A DNA stretch of 64,000 bases from an uncultured virus (IMG/VR IMGVR_UViG_3300033148_003111) (IMGVR_UViG_3300033148_003111), one strand, 5' to 3'; shown: positions 8,360 through 18,400, counted from the stretch's first letter. Program-made: numbers and translations. The notes: generated by a model not told the origin, from the sequence alone.

Positions 8360-9271
8360 TTATACTTCTTCTTCGTCTTCTTCATCTACCAACTCCACCT
8401 GTTCTTCGGTCGTACCCGGAGACATGATTTCATAGATACTAATTTGCTTCCTTCTGTTTTCAATCAACTTGATATTATCCTGATCCATTTCAATCGCCAA
8501 GAATTTTCTTCCGGTATTCTTCGCGGCCTCCACCACAGGACCGGACCCGGCGAAGGGATCAAGAACCAATGCTCCATAGTCAGTCGTGTCCATGATGAAC
8601 GCCTCGTACAATCTGACCGGCTTCTCGGCAACGTGAACCTTGCGGCTTCCATGGAGCTTGGGATAGTGGATAACCTCGGGGTCTTCGGGGAGCTGAATGT
8701 AGTCGTCCTTGAACTCACCCTCACCAAACCATTCGGGATTCGCCCCCTTCTCGAAGTGGATGATAAAATCGCTCTTGAAGCGATACCTGTAAGCCCGACC
8801 CGGACTCATCTTATCCCAGACAATTACGCGCTTGGGAATGAACCCAACCTTCCAAAACTGCTTCATCACATCAAACGGGGGCCAGTGGAGTTTCCCATGA
8901 CGATGCTTAGGAATTACCGGCTTGGCCCCACCGCAGAATATAAAGACGTTCGAGTTATTCTTCATCACCCGGAACAATCTTGCGGGGAACTCATCCATTA
9001 ATTTGATGTAATCGGCGGTTTCGTCGTTTGGGATCTTTTTGTCTTTGAATTTCTCTCGAAACGTCCATGCGCCGATTCCCCAAGGCGGGTCGGTAACGCA
9101 GGTATCGATACATCTGTCGGGTAGTCGCGCTAAGACTTCCAGACAACTCCCGCAGATGATGGTATTTATAAACTCATCCGGGGGCATGATGTTTTCCTTC
9201 GACTCGATTTCCTGGTTGAGCACCGCTAGTGCTGCCTGAACCTGGTCCTGGTCCTGGTCCTGATCTTCCAT
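8360..9271 (-). CDS. DNA N6-adenine/N4-cytosine methyltransferase (beta class)
   Basis: TDPPW catalytic motif before the VLDPFAGSG SAM motif; HVAEKP; start refined to MEDQDQ (GGAGG SD). Confidence 0.93.
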   Translation of the reverse strand: MEDQDQDQDQVQAALAVLNQEIESKENIMPPDEFINTIICGSCLEVLARLPDRCIDTCVTDPPWGIGAWTFREKFKDKKIPNDETADYIKLMDEFPARLFRVMKNNSNVFIFCGGAKPVIPKHRHGKLHWPPFDVMKQFWKVGFIPKRVIVWDKMSPGRAYRYRFKSDFIIHFEKGANPEWFGEGEFKDDYIQLPEDPEVIHYPKLHGSRKVHVAEKPVRLYEAFIMDTTDYGALVLDPFAGSGPVVEAAKNTGRKFLAIEMDQDNIKLIENRRKQISIYEIMSPGTTEEQVELVDEEDEEEV

Positions 9272-9323
9272 GTCGCGCCTCCAAAACGTTAATGACGGTC
9301 GAAATAAGCCCGTCTGACGGGCC

Positions 9324-9695
9324 TCACTCTCCAAACAGCTTATCCAGGGCCTTATCCGTCCGGTCACGGACTTCTGGCCCAAATATACAATCCCACGCCT
9401 CGGAACCGACATCATCTACCTGGTCAGGCTCAGTTCTGCCTATTCTCCAAGGCCAGAAGGCGCAAGACAGTGATCTACAAACAGAAACCTCGGCTGGACT
9501 GTCACCGCAACACTCGATGCAGTACAGCCGGATCTGCCGTCTGAGCCAAGTGGCTCCCCTACGACCCTCCATCTCACCAAACCTACAAACCCAGAAGCTA
9601 CAAGTCTTTTCTTCACATTGAGCCGGTTCGTTGTCAGGGGCGCACTCCTGGCATCGCAACTTAACCGCTAGTAATAACTTATCTTTCAGGGACAT
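9324..9695 (-). CDS. protein with tandem 4-Cys zinc-binding repeats
   Basis: Two copies of CxEC...C-x4-CxFW-x2-R-x-G. Confidence 0.7.
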   Translation of the reverse strand: MSLKDKLLLAVKLRCQECAPDNEPAQCEEKTCSFWVCRFGEMEGRRGATWLRRQIRLYCIECCGDSPAEVSVCRSLSCAFWPWRIGRTEPDQVDDVGSEAWDCIFGPEVRDRTDKALDKLFGE

Positions 9696-9719
9696 GAAAA
9701 CAACCCTTTGAAATGTATT

Positions 9720-10080
9720 TGCCGTTGTTAGCGCAAAAACTCCATTAAAACAACCATCTACAATTCTGTTCGCTGCTGTTAACGGGACGGCTAACGGTGC
9801 AACCCTGAGATTTCACTGGCGTTTTCTCCGTTTGTTAGCGCAAATCACTGTTAGCCTCCTAGTGGACAATGGCTTAAAGGGTTAAGTGATGATCCTTAAG
9901 TGACATAATGTCATCGAACATTAATTTATAGCCTTCCGCGAGGGTATGCTTTCTACCGCTAACAATATATATAGATTAACAAATATATATATAATAATAA
10001 TAATAAAGGGTTTTTCGCGTTCGCGCCTGTTCGCGGAACCGCTTTTTGTTCGCAATCACATACCCCGATTGCTAACGACT
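9720..10080. other. candidate replication origin
   Basis: Non-coding gap after the primase-helicase. TTGTTAGCGCAAA direct repeat (9725, 9832), inverted CGCTAACAA (9957), further GTTAGC/GCTAAC copies, AT-rich tract 9961-10007. Confidence 0.55.
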
Positions 10081-10082
10081 TA

Positions 10083-12773
10083 TCATAATAAAAAGTCATC
10101 ATCGAACGAATCTCCAAACCACGCCTTGAGATTTTGAGGCATCTTATCTACATCGAACACCAAGCAACTTCTTATTGGATTCTTTGAACTGCCTTCCTCC
10201 GGTATGCGAAAGTTCTTTCTGCTCTCTAGTAGATAATTCGATTCTTTGAAGTGGTCGAGGATTGTTTTATCGCTAGGAGCGTTGCTTCCGGTAATCATAC
10301 GATACTGCTTCGCCCATTCCTCGTACAACGCCCTCATCCAAACGTAGACCTTGCCGCCTTCAATTCGATACCATCCAATATTCTTGTAGACGCCCTTGGA
10401 AATGAGAACTGAGATTCTATCAATGAAATCGTTTAGCAGAATGTTTGAGCCTTGCCCGTCTTCACTTGAATCTCGTCTTCCAAAGATAGCCATTCCTCCA
10501 GTGATGTAATCATAGAGTATTGCATCATCACTGTCTACGAGTTCTTTGTAGCACCCAATAGTAATCGCGTGGTTGAGAACAATCCTGGCGTTTGCCTTCG
10601 GGTGGTTCTTGGTGATTGTCGCCCTGGCTTCTTCTATCGACTTGATTAGGGATTTTGTAGTCTCGGCGGTTTTGTTCTTTACCAGATTATAAATGTGAGC
10701 CGAAGCCTTCTGGGATAGATTGAACACCTCATTATAGAACGAGTCCTGGCGATACGCCAACTTGAGATGCACAATAATGAGCCTGGAAAGCAGAGCTTCA
10801 TCTTCCTCGGGGAGTTCTTCGCCGCTCACGATTAGCGGAGAGTTGATGCGTTCCTTTATTACTCCCCTGGTGGCCTTCACTCCAAGGCTTCTGCCGGATG
10901 CGTTGTAGGCGGAACGGAACACGCCCTTGATCATCTCGACGTTCGATAGCCGGTTGCGGTACTCGTCGAACCACACCGGGATGTTGCCGAAGTACGAGAG
11001 CCGCCTGGTGATGGGAACGGTACTGGTGATCTCTGGTAGCGATTCACAGTCCTGTCTTCCCAGGCCGAACATTCGCATCAGAAATCCGACGTATTCGTTT
11101 TTCCCGCACTGGAGTTTTCCGTAGACCCATAGAATAGGAAAGCAGCCAAAGTGATTAATGATGTCGGAGAAGTAAATCGATCCGCAGACAAGTCCCAGGC
11201 CGTAGAGTGCGTCTGGAGTCCCAAGATTTTCTCTGAGGCCAACAGCGAAATCTTTTATAAGGGAATTAGTTGGGCCTTCCGTAATTATAAGATTGGGAAT
11301 CCGAATGTTTCTTTCCTCGCTTTGCACCTCGATTGGTTCCGGTGAGTAGCCCTTGTTGCCGTTCCAGCAGATGTTGTTTTCATCGGGTAAGAAAACTTCA
11401 TTGTTCTTTATAACCATGTTCTCGAAAAGCCAAACCCCCAGGCGCGGGGCGAATCCGATCTTGAACGCGCTGAAAACTTCCTTCGATGTCGGATCTTGCG
11501 CCATGACTAGCTGCCAGATGTCGATTAGATCCTTATCCTTCCCGCTGAAAACAAAATCGCCAGCGGAAAAGCAGAATTCTCTGAACGATCTGGTGCTTGA
11601 CATATCATCAGCGGCAAGCATGAAGGGAGAGGATTTCTTGGTTAGTGGAGATTTTGGAACCAGGATGATCTCGCGGATTAATGTATCGTCTTGTTTTCGG
11701 TAGCGGCATTGTAGGCGGATCACGAAATTTGAGATTCGGATGAATTTAACATCCTTGGAGGTTTGAATGACCGACCAGTAGCAACCATCATCCTCGACCA
11801 CATTGATGTCTTCTTCTACACTAACGACAATCTCAGAGTCTTTGATGAGCTTGTTGAAATCATCCAGGGTCTTTTCTTCTTTTACGAAGTAATCGTTCAG
11901 GTCGCCATTGGGATATTTCTCAATGTCTAGGTCCAGGTGGATGATCCTCACCTCTTTTGCGGCCTTGGCTATTTTCCTTCCAACGGTCTTGCAACTAATC
12001 CTTCCTTTTTCATCGATGTCGTAACAGATATGAACAATCTTGTCCTTGAAGAACTTTAAGAAATCATCTCTCCAAGTTCCCGCCCCGCCAGTCGTGGTAA
12101 TCGCGTTGAAGCCAAGAGAAATTGCATTCAGGACATCGATCTCGCCTTCGCATAACAGGATGATTTCTTCTTCTGTTGGTTCTGGAAAAACCCATATCGG
12201 ATCTTGTCCCTTAAGATCTTCTTTGCCGAGTTGCCAGATGCGTTTGTCTTGGAGATGTTTGAATCTATATGTGTGGAGTTTACCGCCCTTGCGAATTGGA
12301 AATACCAGATAGCCTTTCCATAATCCGATCTGGTACTTGTTAATTGTTTCTCGGGAGATCCCTCGTCCGGTCAAGTAGTCGATGGCCTCTGGCGTCAATT
12401 TATCGTGCAGCTTTGCAACGGTTTCCTCGGATAGCTCGGGCTTGTTCTTCTTTCTCTTCTTGTCGGATTTCTTCTTTTTCCCTGGAACTTCGATGCCGAC
12501 TTCCCCGGCCAATTCCCGCAGGGCTTCATTGAAGGTTTGATTCTTGATCTTCTCTTGGAACTTGATTAGGTCGCCGCTCTCTTCGCATCCGAAGCATTTA
12601 AATCTGCCGGTAGATACTTCTACGTAGAATGATCCATTCTTTTCTGAATGAAAGGGACACTTCGCAATCCAATTTTTTTTACCGGAACCCTGTTGTGTCC
12701 AGGTGACAAACCTGGAGTAGTAGGAGGGTACATCGATCCTACGAACGATCTCTTCTATTAGTCCTTCCGGCAT
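10083..12773 (-). CDS. DnaG-type primase (CHC2 zinc finger + TOPRIM) fused to a P-loop helicase-like domain
   Basis: CPFH...KCFGC; LLCEGEID; YDIDEKG; GDLNDY; C-terminal YGKLQCGKN (Walker A-like) and VWFDE. Confidence 0.9.
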   Translation of the reverse strand: MPEGLIEEIVRRIDVPSYYSRFVTWTQQGSGKKNWIAKCPFHSEKNGSFYVEVSTGRFKCFGCEESGDLIKFQEKIKNQTFNEALRELAGEVGIEVPGKKKKSDKKRKKNKPELSEETVAKLHDKLTPEAIDYLTGRGISRETINKYQIGLWKGYLVFPIRKGGKLHTYRFKHLQDKRIWQLGKEDLKGQDPIWVFPEPTEEEIILLCEGEIDVLNAISLGFNAITTTGGAGTWRDDFLKFFKDKIVHICYDIDEKGRISCKTVGRKIAKAAKEVRIIHLDLDIEKYPNGDLNDYFVKEEKTLDDFNKLIKDSEIVVSVEEDINVVEDDGCYWSVIQTSKDVKFIRISNFVIRLQCRYRKQDDTLIREIILVPKSPLTKKSSPFMLAADDMSSTRSFREFCFSAGDFVFSGKDKDLIDIWQLVMAQDPTSKEVFSAFKIGFAPRLGVWLFENMVIKNNEVFLPDENNICWNGNKGYSPEPIEVQSEERNIRIPNLIITEGPTNSLIKDFAVGLRENLGTPDALYGLGLVCGSIYFSDIINHFGCFPILWVYGKLQCGKNEYVGFLMRMFGLGRQDCESLPEITSTVPITRRLSYFGNIPVWFDEYRNRLSNVEMIKGVFRSAYNASGRSLGVKATRGVIKERINSPLIVSGEELPEEDEALLSRLIIVHLKLAYRQDSFYNEVFNLSQKASAHIYNLVKNKTAETTKSLIKSIEEARATITKNHPKANARIVLNHAITIGCYKELVDSDDAILYDYITGGMAIFGRRDSSEDGQGSNILLNDFIDRISVLISKGVYKNIGWYRIEGGKVYVWMRALYEEWAKQYRMITGSNAPSDKTILDHFKESNYLLESRKNFRIPEEGSSKNPIRSCLVFDVDKMPQNLKAWFGDSFDDDFLL

Positions 12774-12791
12774 CGCGCTTTCTTGTAACTC

Positions 12792-13454
12792 TTAAGCTTT
12801 TTGCTGCTTGAATATCTGAACCTGCTGATATTTTCTTTCCGCGTTTTTAGCTCCGCGCTCCATAGCCGCAGTAATCCTCTTCTTTCGTGCATCCATGTCT
12901 AGTTGATTGTGGGGAGGAATTGGTTTCGGGGCTTTTCTTTTCCTGGGCTTCGGCATCCACTCGGGAAAGGTTGATCGGAGTTGGTTGCTGAACGAATGTT
13001 GTTCCGGGGATAAATACTCGGGCCATGTGTTGCTGCTCGGGATTACAAATCCGAATGCCCGGAAGTACGACAACGGTATCGATTTCCACTCTGATTCAAA
13101 GATGCGGCGAAGATGCCCCCATTCAAGTCTGTACCATTCATCCACTTTGGAAAAGAATACCAAAAGGAAAACATCGGCATTGTATTTTTCTAGTTTTTTT
13201 ATTTCTTCGATCTGTGACATACGTACATTCCGTAGAGGTAAAGACAGATCTTTAGTTTCCTTCACCTCAAACTCGATGTGCCTCCCATCGTGCAGTATTC
13301 CAGAATAGTCCAGTCCACCGCTCGATGCGTGGAGAACACCTCGATCCGTAAATCGATAGCCTGGGTCTTTCTTCTTGACCCGGCCCTTGCCTAGTGCTTC
13401 GTACTTTCTATTCGCAATCCGAACAAGTTTCTCGGACTGAGTTTCTTTTGCCAA
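12792..13454 (-). CDS. recU: RecU-like Holliday junction resolvase
   Basis: LDYSGI...IEFEVKET...SQI. Confidence 0.85.
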   Translation of the reverse strand: MAKETQSEKLVRIANRKYEALGKGRVKKKDPGYRFTDRGVLHASSGGLDYSGILHDGRHIEFEVKETKDLSLPLRNVRMSQIEEIKKLEKYNADVFLLVFFSKVDEWYRLEWGHLRRIFESEWKSIPLSYFRAFGFVIPSSNTWPEYLSPEQHSFSNQLRSTFPEWMPKPRKRKAPKPIPPHNQLDMDARKKRITAAMERGAKNAERKYQQVQIFKQQKA

Positions 13455-13514
13455 GGATTACCTCCGGGCGATGGGATGACACCATACATCACCCGGAGGC
13501 AATCGTCAATAGCT

Positions 13515-14459
13515 TTACTTCTTCTTGTCTTTCTTCTTCTTTTTCTTCTTACCGGATGCCTTCTTCTTCTCTTTCGCTTTGGTTCCATCCTTGGCGAGCT
13601 TGAGTCCGTACTGTTGTGCGTGTTTCTCGAAGTTGGGCGGGTTCATCTCACCCAGGACGTATCGCAGCATGTTGTAGCAGCCGTTGAGAATGAACCATTC
13701 ATCTGTCTCGAATGTATCCTTGTCGGACTTCATCAGTGGAAGGACGGCACCAAGGATGTTTTTGTTCTTCTTGATTTCTTTCTTGCTCGGCATGACGTTG
13801 GAGCGGACCCGCGTGGCCTGGTCGATGCCCTTTTTGATGGCCCGCGTGGTCTTCTTGTCGCCTGACTTCTTGGCCGCTGCTAATCCCTTCGCTACGGTCT
13901 TCTGTGCGGCGGGGGGAAGCTTAGCGGTCTTCTTGGCTTCATCCAGGGAGATGCCGCCTTTCTTGACTTGCTTCTGTACCTCGGGATCGGCCTCCAGTAC
14001 CTTGAGTACATCGTTGACCCAGGTGATACTCTTGCCAATGTGTTTGCAGATCTCTTGCTTGCCGATGTCGTTGTCGAGAAGCATCTTGAGGCGTTGCGCC
14101 ATGTCCCATCCGTTCACGTCCTGCCGCTGCGCGTTCTCGATCATGTTGTCGTAGAGGGCATCGCGGTAGAGGGTCTTCTTATCGTAGACCTTTACCAGAA
14201 CGGGAACATCCTTGAGGGGCGATTTGGGATCTTCGGCCAGGATTTCTTGTACGGCCTTACGTCTTCTCCACCCGGAGATCAGGAAGAAATCTCCGTTCTC
14301 CGAAAACACTGTCAAGGGGTTCTGAACTCCCTTTTCCTTGACCGATGAAATCATTTCTTTCACCGACGCCTTGGTGAGATCGGTTCTGATGTTTGGAACC
14401 TTGGGATGATCCTTGATCTTCCCTACCGGGACATACAAAACTTTGTCGTACTGATGCAT
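13515..14459 (-). CDS. ParB/Spo0J-like protein
   Basis: NIRT, GVQNPL, LISGWRRRKA, ENAQRQD, then HTH IGKSITWV. Confidence 0.88.
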   Translation of the reverse strand: MHQYDKVLYVPVGKIKDHPKVPNIRTDLTKASVKEMISSVKEKGVQNPLTVFSENGDFFLISGWRRRKAVQEILAEDPKSPLKDVPVLVKVYDKKTLYRDALYDNMIENAQRQDVNGWDMAQRLKMLLDNDIGKQEICKHIGKSITWVNDVLKVLEADPEVQKQVKKGGISLDEAKKTAKLPPAAQKTVAKGLAAAKKSGDKKTTRAIKKGIDQATRVRSNVMPSKKEIKKNKNILGAVLPLMKSDKDTFETDEWFILNGCYNMLRYVLGEMNPPNFEKHAQQYGLKLAKDGTKAKEKKKASGKKKKKKKDKKK

Positions 14460-14503
14460 CGCACTTCTCCTTTCTTAGAAAGTGTTAGTGATACCGAATA
14501 TTA

Positions 14504-15352
14504 TCAAAAGGGAACGTCATCATCTGTTTCCTGACCTTTTGGTTCTTCCTTGTCCAACTCGGTGAATTGCTGGACGGTCATCTTCTTGAATGACTCTGCC
14601 GTCCCGATTAGATCCATCACGATTTCTTTCGGGTTCGGCCCGGTACATTCGTACACGGGAATGTAATACTTGCTGCCATGACCGATTTCGGTCTTCAAGG
14701 TGATTTTGGTTCCAAGCATGTAAAGGGGTATGTCCCGACGCTTGCCTTCTTTTTTCCACTGGCCGAAGAAGGTACGTTCGAGATAGCTATTGGTTGGAAC
14801 GTAGCCGGTTCGCTTTGCGCTGAAAGAGAAGAATTGCTGGCGGTCGAAATCCCAGGCCAGGAATCTCATATGGAAGGTGCAATCTTTTCTCTGGCCTCGC
14901 TTGCCAAAGTAATGCGGGCACTCTTCACATCTGACGCTCTCGCCGCTCTCCTGGTTGATGCCGATCTTGCGGTCGAAGGACCGACAATGAATCATCTGCT
15001 TGCCCTGCTCGTCCCGGCTGTCGTGCTGGCGAATCTCACGGAACCCAATCAGGGCGCAGTTGACTTCATCGAACTGCTCACCCGACTGAGCGCAGTAGAA
15101 CCGGCCCGGATCGATCTCCTGCCCTGTCTCATCGATGGTGTCGATGTTGTAGACGTAGAGAGGCGGGCGTCTGTCCGATTCGGGCTTGTCTTCCGCGCCG
15201 GTCGTCTTTTCCAAATCGGCAACTTCCTCTTCGGAGAAATCTTCGAAGAGGTCGCCGTACTTGGTCGGTGGACCGGCCTCATCTCTTTTTTCTAGATCGG
15301 TTCCTGGGCTTTCGTTTTCTTCGGGATTTTCTTTTTGCTTTTTCTTTGCCAT
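14504..15352 (-). CDS. phage ssDNA-binding/annealing protein
   Basis: C-terminal DDDVPF acidic tip, internal Cys motif, position beside the exonuclease; start refined to MAKKKQ. Confidence 0.65.
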   Translation of the reverse strand: MAKKKQKENPEENESPGTDLEKRDEAGPPTKYGDLFEDFSEEEVADLEKTTGAEDKPESDRRPPLYVYNIDTIDETGQEIDPGRFYCAQSGEQFDEVNCALIGFREIRQHDSRDEQGKQMIHCRSFDRKIGINQESGESVRCEECPHYFGKRGQRKDCTFHMRFLAWDFDRQQFFSFSAKRTGYVPTNSYLERTFFGQWKKEGKRRDIPLYMLGTKITLKTEIGHGSKYYIPVYECTGPNPKEIVMDLIGTAESFKKMTVQQFTELDKEEPKGQETDDDVPF

Positions 15353-15737
15353 GCTGGTTTCTCCTTTTCTTGGCAAATTTTAGGATGTATTCATAATTCT
15401 CGATGTTATCAAAGAGAAGTTGTAATCGAGCGAACGCCCGCAGATCAGCATTAATGTCGATGAGTACATCTTTACTCCTGACTGCTTCGTGGATCACTTC
15501 AACCACTATATGATAATCGACCGCGTGTTCTAGTTCGTGCCAGAGGCTTTCAAGGAAGAAGTCGATGCTGCGAAGTGTCTCGGGAGCCATGTAGATTTTC
15601 TTCTCGCGCACATCGCAGACGGCGAGATCTTCCTTGTCGTCCCGCTGGTATCTGGCCGGAAGCTCGGCCACGATTTTTACTTCGTAGATCTGAAAACCAA
15701 TTTTCCAAAACCTTAATTGCTCGGGATCGAATTTCAT
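15279..15737 (-). CDS. HExxH metallopeptidase-like phage protein
   Basis: SLWHELEHA motif; basic C-terminus overlaps the next gene. Confidence 0.6.
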   Translation of the reverse strand: MKFDPEQLRFWKIGFQIYEVKIVAELPARYQRDDKEDLAVCDVREKKIYMAPETLRSIDFFLESLWHELEHAVDYHIVVEVIHEAVRSKDVLIDINADLRAFARLQLLFDNIENYEYILKFAKKRRNQHGKEKAKRKSRRKRKPRNRSRKKR

Positions 15738-15753
15738 CTTTCTTCCAGTCTCT

Positions 15754-16761
15754 CTAATCAGGATGTATTCCTAGCTCGTCCATGAGTTCCATTACTTCCT
15801 GCTTCGTTTTAATTTCATCCCCAAGGCTCTCGCACCGATCCAGGTAGATGCACTCCCTACATTGATACCCGAAAGTCTCGGGGAACAATCCAGACCTGGC
15901 AAGGGCAACCGCGCAACCCAGGCTGTATTCCAATCGCTTGAGCTTCTTGTTGACATTGGTTTCGTAAAAGATGGGTCCACGCTGCTCTCCCTTTTCGATA
16001 ACGAGGCTACCATTCTTGTCTGACATTCCTTCGGTCGAGAGGTGATTTGCTTTTCTTTTCGACTGTCTAGCGGCTGGTATGTACTCTTGTAGGTAAGCGT
16101 AGATGAGCCGGGGCCACCTTCCATATTGATTTTTCTGGTGTGTGGCCTCGAACGATTTTGCGTAGTCTTCGCCGGTCCTGACTTTATCAGGGTTCAAAAA
16201 GAAAATGCCCTTATGAACAGCGGCACAGTAGATTCGAGATTGGTAGCTGTTGTCCATCTGGAACTGCGTCATTGGGGGGTGGCCGGTCTTCCAATCGATA
16301 AGGACCAACTCATTCTGATCCTTGCCTTCGATAATGATATCGATTGCACCGGCAACCCAGAACTTTCCGATTTGCAGCATAAACGCTCTTTCTACATCGA
16401 TGATCCTGCGCTGGATGGACTTGAATTCTTTTGACTTGAAAAATTCCTTGAGCATGATTTGGTACTTTTCAATCTTGTCCAGCTTTGTATCTTTGAAATC
16501 AACAGCGATGCCTTCTCTTTCCTCGTATGCTTTTACTTCATTGAATACCGATTGGGTTTTATCGAACTGCAAACGCTTCCTGAGAATGTTGTGGACGATT
16601 TCTCCCATCGCCATCTTGTACGGGATCTTCTTGGCCTTCTTTGGGTAGTACCTGCTCATAGCAAACCGCTTGGCACATCGGAAAGCGGAGCCGAAGAGTC
16701 CTACCAGATCTGATTGTCGGATGGGGTTGGCCTTCGTTCCCCAATTATCGAAATAGGACAT
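15754..16761 (-). CDS. PD-(D/E)XK exonuclease, Cas4/AddB-like
   Basis: GAIDI...LIDWKTG, QSRIY; N-terminal Cys plus C-terminal CxxC-x5-C Fe-S staple. Confidence 0.88.
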   Translation of the reverse strand: MSYFDNWGTKANPIRQSDLVGLFGSAFRCAKRFAMSRYYPKKAKKIPYKMAMGEIVHNILRKRLQFDKTQSVFNEVKAYEEREGIAVDFKDTKLDKIEKYQIMLKEFFKSKEFKSIQRRIIDVERAFMLQIGKFWVAGAIDIIIEGKDQNELVLIDWKTGHPPMTQFQMDNSYQSRIYCAAVHKGIFFLNPDKVRTGEDYAKSFEATHQKNQYGRWPRLIYAYLQEYIPAARQSKRKANHLSTEGMSDKNGSLVIEKGEQRGPIFYETNVNKKLKRLEYSLGCAVALARSGLFPETFGYQCRECIYLDRCESLGDEIKTKQEVMELMDELGIHPD

Positions 16762-16912
16762 TCAATGCCCTTAATATTTAAAAGGCCGCTTGCGTCCTTG
16801 CTTCCAGGCGGAGGGGGGGGGCCCGGAGAACGGAATGGATATCCTACAAGAACCGCTTACGGCCATAACCATTTTTAAAAAACCTTGTTTTTCGTATACC
16901 CTATTGTAACCG

Positions 16913-16941
16913 ACTGTATTTCATTTATGAGGGGTTGTCAA
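16913..16941 (-). promoter_or_regulatory. sigma70-type promoter of the replication operon
   Basis: TTGACA-N17-TACAGT. Confidence 0.6.
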
Positions 16942-16965
16942 GAGGAAAATGCAATATGAATGAAT

Positions 16966-17235
16966 TTATTTTCCAAGGATGTCTTGATGGGTGAGGTCGC
17001 CCTTGTCCTTGATGAAATTCCAGTGGCGATAGGTAAAACGACCGAGATCTATCAGCCGGATGATTTCTCGCAGCTTAGGTCCATCGGGAACGGTGTAGTG
17101 ATACCGCACCTTTCCGTCCTTCTTTGTTTCCCCAATGATTTCTATCTTCCAGAACCCACCATCGGAGTAAAAGAAGTAAGATGCAACTAGTTTGGTTTTC
17201 CTGCTTTTATCACTTTTCCTTTTGCGTCCAGGCAT
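16966..17235 (-). CDS. hypothetical protein
   Basis: Start refined to MPGRKRK (GGAGG SD). Confidence 0.55.
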   Translation of the reverse strand: MPGRKRKSDKSRKTKLVASYFFYSDGGFWKIEIIGETKKDGKVRYHYTVPDGPKLREIIRLIDLGRFTYRHWNFIKDKGDLTHQDILGK

Positions 17236-17429
17236 TTCGTTTCCTCCACAAAATCGGCGTTGGCCTGTCGGTAGTCGTTGCACTCCCTCTTCTTCTTTTT
17301 ATACGCCTTCAATTCTTTTCTAGCCCGTTCTCTGACTTTATCCAAATCCTTCCCGGTCGCCCATGCTCGGGGAAGGCCATCTTCATCTTTCCATAAGACC
17401 ATAAACGATTCGGTTTTTCCCTTTGCCAT
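17187..17429 (-). CDS. hypothetical protein
   Basis: 80 aa, AGGAGG SD. Confidence 0.55.
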   Translation of the reverse strand: MAKGKTESFMVLWKDEDGLPRAWATGKDLDKVRERARKELKAYKKKKRECNDYRQANADFVEETKCLDAKGKVIKAGKPN

Positions 17430-17438
17430 TGAATCCTC

Positions 17439-17822
17439 CTATCTAAAAATGACCTCCAGTATGCTTTTCTTATCGTACTTCGTCTTGCCATCCCATTTCC
17501 AGTATTTCTTGATGTCTTTTTCATCTATAAGTTCTTGCTCATCCCAATGATCCTCGCATAGAGGTATGTGCCGGTCGGTCCCGTTCATCTCCTGGTTGCA
17601 TCCAGGCACGCCACAGGTATCCAGGCCGAACGTCCCTTTGAGTTTTTCCTTTTGCTTGCGAATAAAAACAAGTTGTTTGTCATCGATTTCCTTGCATCCA
17701 TACAGTTCCATCACTTTAGTGGTTTCGGGAAGGATGTAGAACGGGATTCCTTCGGAAGTCTGGATGCCGACTTCAGGGAGTCCTGATACGTGTCGCCGCC
17801 AGAGGATGACTTTATATCTCAT
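17439..17822 (-). CDS. hypothetical protein with C-C-C-H zinc motif
   Basis: CGVPGC...LCEDH. Confidence 0.6.
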   Translation of the reverse strand: MRYKVILWRRHVSGLPEVGIQTSEGIPFYILPETTKVMELYGCKEIDDKQLVFIRKQKEKLKGTFGLDTCGVPGCNQEMNGTDRHIPLCEDHWDEQELIDEKDIKKYWKWDGKTKYDKKSILEVIFR

Positions 17823-17961
17823 TTCTTTTCTTTCCTTAACTTCCTTTTGTAAAAGTATGCTCCAGTGTAACCGATAACAAATCCTGCTGCGGCACTTAGC
17901 CAGCTAGATGTCCACCGGGGCGCATAGCTCGGGGCGGGAGTCGGACCCGCCCGCGAGGGGG

Positions 17962-18180
17962 TTACAAATCGTAGTCCGCAGGGTCCTCACCCTCGCTCTG
18001 GAGATACTCACGCAGAGCGCAGCGGAAATCCTCCTCGCCGTCCAGGTGGTCCCGGTGGCGGAAAATCCACTCGGCCCATCCGGCGGCACTCGCCGTCCCG
18101 CCCCATGCGTCCTCGTCCCACATACCCGGACCGGTGTTGCCTACGTAGGTCCTGGCATCGTCTAACGTCGTGATTTTCAT
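17962..18180 (-). CDS. small acidic hypothetical protein (GC-rich segment)
   Basis: AAGGAG SD; downstream hairpin at about 17930-17957. Confidence 0.6.
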   Translation of the reverse strand: MKITTLDDARTYVGNTGPGMWDEDAWGGTASAAGWAEWIFRHRDHLDGEEDFRCALREYLQSEGEDPADYDL

Positions 18181-18400
18181 TACCTATCTCCTTCGTAGTT
18201 TTGGTCAACCCGCGAACGGCGCAAAGATGTTTGCGCCGCTAATTTCGGCAATCGCACTCTGGGTGCGGTGGTACTGCCTGACCGCCCGGTAGTAATCTGT
18301 AGGCAGGTGCGGATGGAGGGTGTTATTGATGCCAGTTTGAAATCTCCAAGAGGTGTGTTAAGGATGCAATTAGTTCTCTGACCTTCATCTTTCCTCCTTT

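Noticed and set aside
15754..16761. Cas4-like nuclease as a sign of a CRISPR-Cas locus
   Set aside because: No repeat-spacer array or other cas genes seen; it sits with SSB and RecU as a phage recombination exonuclease.
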